This document shows positions 52,262 through 61,272 of a DNA stretch of 64,000 bases, one piece after another. Position numbers and translations under genes: made by a program. How positions within the stretch are numbered: the stretch's first letter is position 1; the number at the start of each line of letters is the position of its first letter. The notes beneath the pieces were generated by a model. It worked only from the letters and a program-made list of their open reading frames with translations. It did no database searches and was not told where the DNA came from. Source of the stretch: Alphaproteobacteria bacterium (GTDB lineage Bacteria; Pseudomonadota; Alphaproteobacteria; Bin95); assembly GCA_963665325.3 (NCBI GenBank), contig OZ224045.1, positions 1,184,001 through 1,248,000 on the forward strand, given 5' to 3'.

Positions 52262-54577
52262 TCAGACGGTGTCGCCCATGGGCAGGTCGCGCATGCGCTT
52301 ACCCGTCGCGTGGAAGATCGCGTTGGCGATCGCCGGCGCGACCGGCGGCACACCTGGCTCGCCCACGCCCGAGGCATGGACCGAGAAGGGATGCGGCACG
52401 ATGTGCGTGTGGACCTTCTCGGGGAAGTTGTCCGAACGCACCATCTGGTAGTCGTGGTAGTTCGACTGCACGGCCGCGCCGTCTTCGAAGGTGACGCCGC
52501 TGTAGAGGGCGATGGTCATGCCCTGGACGGCGGAGCCTTCCATTTGGCTGCGAATCCGCTCCGGATTGGCCGCAAAGCCGCAATCGACGGCCATGTGCAT
52601 CTCGGGCACGGTGATCTTCCCGTCCACGATCTTCACATGCGCGCAGGTCGCCACATAAGTGACGAACGAGCGGTGCACCGCCAGTCCGAGGCCCTCGCCT
52701 GCGGGCATCTGCTTGCCCCAGCCGCCCTTTTCGGCGGCCAGCCTGAGGACGTTCTTCAGGCGCATGGTGTCGATCGGGTACTCGTCATAGACCTCGCCAT
52801 AGTCCCAGAAGTTCTCCGGGAAGCCCTGCTTCGGCGGGTCGAGCTTCCGGTCGGAGCCGATCAGCTCCAGCATGACCTCGAGATCGTCCCGGCCGAGCTC
52901 GGCCGCGAGTTCCGACGCGAAGGACTGCACCGCCCAGGCGCGCGGGATGTTCGAGACGGAGCGGAACCAGCCGATGCGCGTGTGCGCCATCGCCTTGCCG
53001 TTCTCCACCGAAAGGTTCGGGATTTCGAAGGGGATATCGACATGCCCCATCCCGCTCTCGATGAAGAACTGGTGCCCGCTGTCCGGCGCGAAGGTGGACA
53101 GGATCGACGGCGCCACCGAGTTGTGCCGCCAGCCGGTGACCTTGTCGTCGCCATCCAGCGCAACCTCGATCCGCTCCACCGAGGCGGTGTGGTAGAAGCT
53201 GTGCCGGATATCGTCCTCGCGCGTCCACTGCACCTTGACCGGCATGCCGAGCTTCTTGCTGAGCATGGCGGCCTCGATGACGAAGTCGCACTTGGACTTG
53301 CGGCCGAACCCGCCGCCGAGCAGGGTCACATTCACCCTGACGTCGGCGACCTCCATCTTCAGCGCCGCCGCGACATCGCCGCGCGCGCCGAAGGGCGACT
53401 GCACCGGCGCCCAGATCTCGCATTTGCCGTCCGCGACACTGGCGACCGCCACCGGCGGCTCCATCATCGCGTGCGCCATATGGGCCTGGCTGTATTCCTG
53501 CGCGAAGGTCTTCGCCGCGCCCACGAACGCCGCCGCAGCGTCGCCCTCGGCGCGGAACACCTGCCCCGGCTGCTTCGCCGTCGCCCGCATCTCCTCCAGG
53601 TAGGACTCGGAGGTATAGCCGCCATGCGGGCTGTCGCCCCACTGGATCTCCAGCGCGTCGCGGCCCTTGATCGCCGCATCCGTGTTGGAGGCAACGACGG
53701 CGACGCCACCGAGCGGGGCGAACTTCGCCGGCATGATCGAGGCCGCAAGCGGCACGACATGCTCGACGCCCGGAACGGCCATGGCCGCGCTTGCGTCATA
53801 GCTCTTCGCCTCGGCGCCGACCACCGGCGGGCGCGCGACGGCCGCCACCTTCATTCCCGGCAACATCACATCGGCGCCGAAAACGACCTTGCCGGTCGTG
53901 ATGTCGTGCAGGTCGGTGATGCCGATATTGCCCTTGCCGATATAGCGGAACTCGGACTCGTCCCTGAAGGACAGCGCCTCGAATTCGGGCACAGGCTGCT
54001 TCATCGCAGCCTCGGCAAGTTCGCCGAATCCGGCTTTCCTGCCCCCGCCCGTCACCTCATGCACGCCGACCGAGACCGCCGAGGCGTCCACGCCCCACAT
54101 TTCGGCCGCGGCATTAGCGAGCATATGGCGCACCGACGCGCCCATCTGGCGCATGGACTGGATGTGGTGGCGCAAGGAGCGCGACCCGTCCGTGTCCTGG
54201 TTGCCGTATTTCTCCTCGTCGCCTTCCGCCTGGACGATCTTCACCATGCCCCAGTCGGCGCCCATCTCGTCGGCAAGCACCATCGGCAGCGAGGTGCGCG
54301 AGCCGGTGCCCATCTCCGAGCGGTGGGCGACGATGGTCACCGTCCCGTCGGCGTCGATGGAGACGAAGATGTGCGGGTCGTAGCGCAGGCCGTTCGGCAT
54401 TGCATCGCCGCCGGTCTTGTAGCGCGCGAAACCCTCGGCCGTTGTGGCGAAGGCGGCGACCACGAAACCGGCCGCCGAGCCCTGCAGGAACCGCCGCCGG
54501 GAGACATTGGCGAAAGCCAGCTTCGCCGCTTCGCGAACGGGGCTTCCGAGGAACGCTTTTTCCATCATGTGCAGCAT
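52262..54577 (-). CDS. iorB: xanthine oxidase-family molybdopterin subunit (isoquinoline 1-oxidoreductase beta-like)
   Basis: Tat SRRRFL, RSEMGTG, AHAMMEP, LLGGGFGRK, WTREDD, GVGEPG. Confidence 0.92.
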   Translation of the reverse strand: MLHMMEKAFLGSPVREAAKLAFANVSRRRFLQGSAAGFVVAAFATTAEGFARYKTGGDAMPNGLRYDPHIFVSIDADGTVTIVAHRSEMGTGSRTSLPMVLADEMGADWGMVKIVQAEGDEEKYGNQDTDGSRSLRHHIQSMRQMGASVRHMLANAAAEMWGVDASAVSVGVHEVTGGGRKAGFGELAEAAMKQPVPEFEALSFRDESEFRYIGKGNIGITDLHDITTGKVVFGADVMLPGMKVAAVARPPVVGAEAKSYDASAAMAVPGVEHVVPLAASIMPAKFAPLGGVAVVASNTDAAIKGRDALEIQWGDSPHGGYTSESYLEEMRATAKQPGQVFRAEGDAAAAFVGAAKTFAQEYSQAHMAHAMMEPPVAVASVADGKCEIWAPVQSPFGARGDVAAALKMEVADVRVNVTLLGGGFGRKSKCDFVIEAAMLSKKLGMPVKVQWTREDDIRHSFYHTASVERIEVALDGDDKVTGWRHNSVAPSILSTFAPDSGHQFFIESGMGHVDIPFEIPNLSVENGKAMAHTRIGWFRSVSNIPRAWAVQSFASELAAELGRDDLEVMLELIGSDRKLDPPKQGFPENFWDYGEVYDEYPIDTMRLKNVLRLAAEKGGWGKQMPAGEGLGLAVHRSFVTYVATCAHVKIVDGKITVPEMHMAVDCGFAANPERIRSQMEGSAVQGMTIALYSGVTFEDGAAVQSNYHDYQMVRSDNFPEKVHTHIVPHPFSVHASGVGEPGVPPVAPAIANAIFHATGKRMRDLPMGDTV

Positions 54578-54580
54578 GGC

Positions 54581-55033
54581 CTAGACCCCCGTCGATGCGA
54601 GCCGCACCGCGGAAACGATGCGCTCGTAGCAGCCGCAGCGGCAGATATTGTCGGCCATCCCGTCCAGGATTTCCCGGTCGGTCGGCTTCGGGTTCTCGGC
54701 CAGCAGGCTGGCGGCCTGCATGATCTGCCCGGTCTGGCAGAAGCCGCATTGCGGCACATGCATCTCGCGCCACGCGACCTGGACCGGGTGGTCGCCGTCG
54801 GCCGACAGGCCCTCGATGGTGGTGACCGCCTTGCCGGCCACATCGCCCACGGTCATCATGCAGGACTTCTCCGCCTTGCCGTCCACATGCACCGTGCATG
54901 CGCCGCAGAGGCCGGCCCCGCATCCGTATTTGGTTCCCGTCAGGCCCGCCATGTCGCGCAGGGCCCACAACAGGACGGTGTCGTCCGGTCCGTCCAGCAT
55001 CCGGGCTTCACCGTTGATGGTGACGCTCGCCAT
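54581..55033 (-). CDS. iorA: [2Fe-2S] subunit (IorA-like)
   Basis: GTKYGCGAGLCGACTV, QCGFCQ, NICRCGCY. Confidence 0.93.
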   Translation of the reverse strand: MASVTINGEARMLDGPDDTVLLWALRDMAGLTGTKYGCGAGLCGACTVHVDGKAEKSCMMTVGDVAGKAVTTIEGLSADGDHPVQVAWREMHVPQCGFCQTGQIMQAASLLAENPKPTDREILDGMADNICRCGCYERIVSAVRLASTGV

Positions 55034-55099
55034 TCCATGTCCTCCTCTTCAGTGACCGCACCCGAGCCGGCGCCTCGAAGGCGGCCCGGGCCGCGCAAC

Positions 55100-55400
55100 G
55101 GCATGGTAGTCCCCTTTCGGTCCCAGGGGCCAGCGCCGGCGGGACCTTTCGGCGGCAGCCAGCCTCGCGGCGGGACGCACGCGGACGAGGAGGACGGAGA
55201 CAATGAAAAGTTGCACGGCGTTGATGGCCGAGCCCACGAGGAACGCAGTCTCGTAGCTGCCGGTGGCGTCGAACAGCCGCCCGCCGACAGCCATGCCGAC
55301 AGTACCAGAGCCGATCGAGAGCAGGTCGAAGTGTCACGCCCCGAATCCGGTGCCGAACAAGGTCGCCATATAACCAAGCGATGGCCACTCGCACGGCCAG
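55100..55400 (-). pseudogene. MFS transporter C-terminal remnant
   Basis: GMAVGGRLFDATGSYETAFLVG. Confidence 0.65.
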
Positions 55401-55524
55401 CCCATGCTCTCGGCGATGCAGGCCGTCCTGTCCCGATGCGCGCGAACAAGATCGAAGCGCCCGCGGGCTGGAATTTCGGCAACGGATCGCGCAAACCGGC
55501 ATCGGGAAATGCCAAGCCCGCCGT

Positions 55525-57366
55525 TCAGGCGCCAAGGCTGAAAACGTCGATCTCGCCGGCACGGCCCTTGACAGGGTGCCTGCCGGCCGGTGTCGGACGG
55601 AGGTCCGGGCCGAGCGCCGCCGCCGTAGCACCGCTGATGAGGACAGTCGTTTCGGTGCCTTCGGGGAACAGTGCCTTGCCGAGTTGTTCGAGACGCGCGC
55701 CGATATTCACCGTATCGCCGATGATCGTGTAGTTTATGCGACCTGGCGAGCCGATGTTGCCGACGGTCGCACTGCCGGAATGGATGCCGATGCGGATGCC
55801 GAGCGGCGCCACGCCTCCGGACCGGCGCCGGACATTCTCCGTCCGAATGCCGTCGACAATCGCCAGCGCAGCGCGGCAGGCCCGTTCGGCGGCATCGGGC
55901 TGGGCGTCGGGCGCGCCCCAGAACGCCATCACCGAGTCTCCGATGAACTTGTCGACCGTGCCGTCCTCGGCCTCGATGCAGCCGGCCACGATCTCGAAAT
56001 GGCGATTGACAAGGGTGGCGACCTCCGGAGCCGAAAGGGCTTCCGAGACCGAGGAAAAACCGGCGATATCGGTAAACATGACAGTGATTTCCCGCGCCGA
56101 GGAAATCGTGTCGTCCATCTCGCCACGCTTCACCAGCCGCTCGACGACCTTCTTGGGAATGTAGAGCTCGAACCAGCGCAGGGCGCTCAGCATGGCGTTG
56201 AACGACCTGGCCTGCTGATCCAGTTCACGGAACACGCTGCCCGGCAGGTCGCCTATATCGCCAATGTTGAGCTCGCGAACCTGCCCGGCCGCCGCGGAAA
56301 AGCGCACGATGGGCTTTGCAATACGCCGGCCGAGGATCAGAGCAGCGACGATCGAAAGCACGAGGGCACCAATTCCGACCACCAGGGCGACGGTCATTCG
56401 GCGAAGCTCGGCACTGACATCTTCGACGTTGAACCGGACGCCGACGGTCAGCGGTTCCAGTCCGAAACCGTGCAAGCTGCGGAACATGAAGACATGGTTA
56501 TCCCCACCGATCCGGATCGTATGTCCGCTCGTGCCCTCCGCAAGCGAAATGATCAGGTCAGAGCGCCCCTCCTCCCGCCATATCGCCGCCAGAACGGAAT
56601 CCTGAAATTCCGCAAGACGGGGCATGGGGTCTTCGAGCGACAGATCCGGATAGCCGTCCGCCATGAGCGGATGGGCCAGCACCCGGGCGCGCCCGTACAG
56701 GACGAACCGCGTGCCGGGATCGCCCTCGCCCACCTTGCGAACATAGGCCGAGAGTTCCCGGATCGACGCCGTCGCAGCCGCAGCCCCGACAAATCTGCCG
56801 CCGCGCCGGACCGGATGGACCCGACTGAAATAGGTCCCTTCATGCCGCTCGATCCAGTAAGGCGGTACCCAGTGTGGCCCCTCCGGCATGGCCGTCAGAT
56901 ATTCGCGGTATCTCGGATCGTCCGCGTGATCCACTTCACCCAGTTCGATGCGACCGCCTCCGTAGCGCGCCGCATAGAAGGTCTTCAACCCGGGGTCGAG
57001 GAAGGATATCGACTCGATCTGCGGCACGCCCGCGAGGCCGCCCGTCAGCAGGCGACCGAATGTTGCCCGATCTTCCGGATCGAATTCACCGCTCTCGACG
57101 CGCTCGGCGATGAAACGGGCCTGGTCCTCGGCCGGCAGCAGATGACGTTCGATCCGGTCTACCATGTTGGCGATGCTCTGATTGGCGTTGGCGCTCATCA
57201 ACGCCAGGGTGTTTTTTTCGGCGAGCCAGATCCCGACGCCGAGCACGCCGCCCACCGATACGAGAACCAGAAGCGAGATCGCCGTTGCCAGCGTGACCGT
57301 AATCGAAAGGTGGCCATTCCATCGGGCCGGAGAAAGTCGACCTTGCATTCCGGACCTGGCTAACAT
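55525..57366 (-). CDS. membrane adenylate/guanylate cyclase (TM-sensor-TM-HAMP-cyclase)
   Basis: [46 protein letters not shown]. Confidence 0.93.
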   Translation of the reverse strand: MLARSGMQGRLSPARWNGHLSITVTLATAISLLVLVSVGGVLGVGIWLAEKNTLALMSANANQSIANMVDRIERHLLPAEDQARFIAERVESGEFDPEDRATFGRLLTGGLAGVPQIESISFLDPGLKTFYAARYGGGRIELGEVDHADDPRYREYLTAMPEGPHWVPPYWIERHEGTYFSRVHPVRRGGRFVGAAAATASIRELSAYVRKVGEGDPGTRFVLYGRARVLAHPLMADGYPDLSLEDPMPRLAEFQDSVLAAIWREEGRSDLIISLAEGTSGHTIRIGGDNHVFMFRSLHGFGLEPLTVGVRFNVEDVSAELRRMTVALVVGIGALVLSIVAALILGRRIAKPIVRFSAAAGQVRELNIGDIGDLPGSVFRELDQQARSFNAMLSALRWFELYIPKKVVERLVKRGEMDDTISSAREITVMFTDIAGFSSVSEALSAPEVATLVNRHFEIVAGCIEAEDGTVDKFIGDSVMAFWGAPDAQPDAAERACRAALAIVDGIRTENVRRRSGGVAPLGIRIGIHSGSATVGNIGSPGRINYTIIGDTVNIGARLEQLGKALFPEGTETTVLISGATAAALGPDLRPTPAGRHPVKGRAGEIDVFSLGA

Positions 57367-57544
57367 GGCGAATACAGCTGGCCGGTTCGAAAGCCGATCC
57401 TGGGGCAGGGGCGCACTATCCCGAAGCTCACATTACCGGATGTAACATGTGATGTACTTAGTCCTATTCTATCCACAGTCCAAGCGAGAGGGCGACACAG
57501 CAATTCGACTCCATTCCAAGCCGGGCATCGGAGCAACAGGGATC

Positions 57545-57716
57545 ATGTCCCGTGGCGTGGGTTCGCGGTCCCGGCTCTCGACCGGCTGAAGATCGACGAT
57601 GTGGTGGGCGCCATCTCGGCCCATCTGGTTGCCGGTATCTGGGGCACGCTCGCGGTTGGCATCTTCGGCGGCGGCGATTTCGAGGTGCAGCTTATCGGCG
57701 TGCTCGCCATCGGTAT
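57545..57716 (+). pseudogene. amtB: ammonium transporter internal fragment
   Basis: [30 protein letters not shown]; cut by the IS3 end. Confidence 0.8.
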
Positions 57717-58052
57717 TGATCCTCCCCCATTGGATTGGTCCACCTTTAGGTTATGGAAAAAGGAGGGCCGAGGATGGCGAGGAAGCGTTACAAGCCTGAG
57801 GAGATCGTGAGCCTGTTACGGCAGGCGGAGGTTCTGCACGGCCAAGGCATGTCGATGGCGGATGCGATCCGGCAGCTGGGGATCAGCGAGGTGACGTTCT
57901 ACCGCTGGCGCAAGGAATATGGCGGGATGAGCGGCGACTAGCTCCGGCGCCTGAAGGAATTTGAGAAGGAGAACGAGCGGCTGCGCAGTGCGGTATCCGA
58001 TCTGACGCTGGACAAGCAGACCCTGAAGGAGGCGGCTCAGGGAAACTTCTTC
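57717..58052 (+). mobile_element. truncated IS3-family element (left end plus orfA with a nonsense codon)
   Basis: TG start TGATCCTCCCCC; [42 protein letters not shown]; ends at GGGAAAC. Confidence 0.85.
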
Positions 58053-58084
58053 TCTATTCGGGGCCCACAGGTCGATGCTCCTCT

Positions 58085-58420
58085 TGTCGCTTCCAGGGCG
58101 TCCATATCGACTGCATGGCCTGGTCCGAGTTCACAGAACGCTGGGACAAGTCGTTCACGGTGTTCTACATCGACCTGCCCTATTGGGGCCACGAAACGGA
58201 CTACGGCAGGGACCTGTTCAAGCGCGATGACTTTGCCAGGATGGCCGAGTTGCTCGCCGGCATCCGCGGTCGATCCATACTGAGCCTTGAGGACCACCCG
58301 GAGATACGGCGGATCTTCGACCGGTTCGAGATGGATGAGGTTCCCAACCGCGACACCTTCCGGTCGCGAGAGCGCGGAAGGCGGCTTGCTTCCGAACTGC
58401 TGATCTCGAACGCCGGCTGA
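58085..58420 (+). pseudogene. DNA adenine methyltransferase (D12/Dam-like) C-terminal remnant
   Basis: VFYIDLPYW (degenerate DPPY), ELLISN. Confidence 0.75.
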
Positions 58421-58582
58421 GTTGCCCCGGCCGTCATCCGCGCCCCGCAAGCAGGAACGACAGCGCCCGCTCTTCGAGATAGGGGCCGCTCTCCAGGAAC
58501 CACGCCTCGTTCATGCGAATGAGGCCCGCGGCGAGCGCGATCGCTATGACGAGCATCAGGAAGCTCCGGTCGGGGTTGCGGT

Positions 58583-58807
58583 TCACGGTCGCCGGTGCCT
58601 CGTCACCATCCGCCGCCGGTCGCAACTCGCGCACTCCGCTCTGGTCCGCTCGAAGTCCCAGCGCCAAGCAAGGCGGCGCGTGGCGTTGTTCACGGTTCCG
58701 GCGCCAGCCTCGCTGCGATCGATATGGACCTTGGCCAGACAGCTGTCGCACAGCGCGTCCGGCCCGATGGATTGCAGGTGTTTGCCTATGCGCTCGCGCA
58801 GCGTCAT
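58583..58807 (-). CDS. small Zn-binding hypothetical protein
   Basis: CDSC ... CASC pair in a 74-aa ORF. Confidence 0.5.
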   Translation of the reverse strand: MTLRERIGKHLQSIGPDALCDSCLAKVHIDRSEAGAGTVNNATRRLAWRWDFERTRAECASCDRRRMVTRHRRP

Positions 58808-59477
58808 GGTCCGGAGGTCAAGCGGCTAGTCGCGCGCCATGTGACCTTGGCCGTGTGTGCGCAGCTGATCCTCCAGCGCCGATCGCTGCGCGAAGACATT
58901 CTTCAAGTCTCGAATGTCCTGCCGGGGGTCGCGGCCTTCCAGAATCTCGGCGATCCGTTCCAGGTCCTCGTCTGCGCCGACCACCCGCCATCGCGTATCC
59001 AACAGCTGGACCGCAACACCGAGGGCTTTCAGACGGGCCATTACGCACTCGATGACCTTCTCGTTCCGGGAATAGCGGAGCACGGCTGCTCGCCCTCCGA
59101 AGCCATATCTTCCTCGGTCATACCGCAGCCTCCTCGCCGGCCACGACGGGGTCGCCCGTATCGGGATCGGAAACGTAAAGTTCCTCGCCAGCCTCGCCCG
59201 GCGGCGGGTCGACGCCGTCGAATACAAGCGGCAGGGCGGCTCGCCGAGCGCGGGCCAGTAGATGTCGTGGATCAGCGCCAGGAACTCGGACGAGTCATGG
59301 GCGGGATCGGACAGGTCCCAGAAACGCCCCGTGCCGCCGATGCGCACCGGCTTCGGTGCGGCGAACACGCCCGCAATCCAGCCGACCTCGGAATGGTCGC
59401 CGGAGACCGTGCCGGCCTCGTCGTCCCAGAGGATCGAGCGCAGCTCGCGGCCCTTCGAGCGGTCGGGAATGGGCCGA

Positions 59478-59617
59478 TCCCGGGTCGTGCCGGTAAGACC
59501 GTGGTCGGTGTAGATGCGATCCTCGGCCACGCCCAGCTCCAGGAGCGCCTGGCGCTGTGCGGCCAGGTCCTGCCTGTCGGTGGAGCAGCGCGCATATCCG
59601 ATGAGCGTGGCTGACAT
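59478..59617 (-). pseudogene. Tn3-type resolvase N-terminal fragment
   Basis: LIGYARCSTDRQDL..Q..RIYTD.G.TG..RDRP followed by unrelated sequence; AT-rich res-like region upstream. Confidence 0.8.
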
Positions 59618-59736
59618 GGGGAAAACTGTACGGATAAGGTCCCTCTTTCGCAATTATTTTCGTACCATTCATATGAGACGTACCCGACCAAGGTTTCGCA
59701 GGGGTCGAGATCGTGGGCCACGGCGTCCGCTGAACG

Positions 59737-60088
59737 GACGCCTTCCGCTCAGGGGACATCTGGCTCGCGCATTCCCGGCGTTATGGCGATGTGAAGCGCG
59801 CCCTGGTGCCAATCGAAGCCGCACACGCAACGGCCAGGCTGGCCGTTCCTTTCGAGCCCGGGGAGTGGCTGGCCGAGCGCAAGACGCGCCTGGCGGAGGG
59901 TCTGGAGCGCCTCGCCGCTGCCGCTCGCCACGGCATGATCCCCGGCGGCGCCATTGAGAACGGCGTGCTGCGCATCGGCCGCCCGGCCAGCGTGACGCCC
60001 GAGGACGCCGATGCTCTTGTGCTCGACCTGTATCGCCGCCTGCCCGAGGTGCGGATCACCGATATCCTGCTGGAGGCGGATACCGCCA
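59737..60088 (+). pseudogene. Tn3-family transposase internal fragment
   Basis: DAFRSGDIWLAHSRRYGD...LYRRLPEVRITDILLE. Confidence 0.85.
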
Positions 60089-60361
60089 TCGGCATCCGGA
60101 ACATCCATTTCGCGGCCCTCCATCGATATCGCCTCCTTGTCCGCTGCACCTCTCCCGTGGCATTGGACATTGCACGGGACAGAGGCGCCGAAGGCGCTCC
60201 GACTCGCACTCATCCGGGCCTCGCCATCATGTAATCCTGCCGTAACCGGTCTCCCTGCATCGAGGGAGCGGGCCGCAATCCGGCTGCGGCTGACGAAACC
60301 CTGTTTCCGGGCAAAACATGACAGGCCGCAACGACATTCTCAAGATCGTCATGAATACGAA
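60089..60361 (-). repeat. ~270-bp dispersed repeat copy 2 (inverted relative to 39327-39600)
   Basis: Reads MEGREMDV on the minus strand, then cut by the Tn3 fragment. Confidence 0.92.
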
Positions 60362-60757
60362 TGTCAACGGCGGAGCAGGCGGCTATGGCGGCGTTCGTGT
60401 TCGACGCGGTGCTGCTGGTGCTGGACATGGCGGGCCGGGGCTTGCGCGAAGAACCCGACGCGCTTCTCGCCGCCCATTTCGGCAGTGCGCGCGGGGCGGA
60501 GATTGCAGCCGAGGCCGACCGTAGGGCGGCGGAACGCGGCCTCGCGCCCTGACCTTGCGTTGCAGACACGATCGGTCCTGCGAGACGTCGCGGCCGCAGC
60601 AAGGCCGCAGGAGCACCGCGGATTGACAATGTCCGATCTGTCGGGCTTCACTATGAGCATATGGGGTGGGCGCGGAAGCACCGCGCGAAATCGGAGGGCA
60701 TCGTCGGAACATGGCATTGACGTCGCCGGGACTGTCGATGGTTATAATGCCGATTAA

Positions 60758-60917
60758 GCGCCGTGCGCCGTGCGCCGTGCGCCGTGCGCCGTGCGCCGTG
60801 CGCCGTGCGCCGTGCGCCGTGCGCCGTGCGCCGTGCGCCGTGCGCCGTGCGCCGTGCGCCGTGCGCCGTGCGCCGTGCGCCGTGCGCCGTGCGCCGTGCG
60901 CCGTGCGCCGTGCGCCG
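60758..60917. repeat. perfect 7-bp tandem repeat (GCGCCGT) x 22.9
   Basis: 160 bp, no mismatches seen. Confidence 0.97.
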
Positions 60918-61272
60918 GATATTGTCCGGAGCTAAAGCCGCCTCTGCCCCGACATTAAACAGGGCAACAGTTCAACGATGAAGGCAACCGCAATCTTCGG
61001 GAATGCGTTGAAGTGCAGATTGGCGGCGGCTCCGTTTCCGCCAATAGCAATAACAGCTTCCCCCACCTCCAGCCTGCCATCATGAAACACAACTTTCGGG
61101 CCCGGTTTCCATCCCGCTTCGTCGTGCAACCCGGCTGCTTTTTTCTGCGCGCCGCAGCCGCGCCGGTCCCGGTCGTTCGCATAGTCCCTGTCCGCCCTCC
61201 GCTTCCGAAGGCGTCGCGCTGCAACGGCACCGATGCTGCGTCGTGGAGCCAGTTGCAAGGAGGCCACGATCG

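Noticed and set aside
60758-60917. CRISPR array or coding repeat (RRAPCAV ORFs)
   Set aside because: No spacers and no cas genes; the ORFs arise only because the 7-mer has no stop codons
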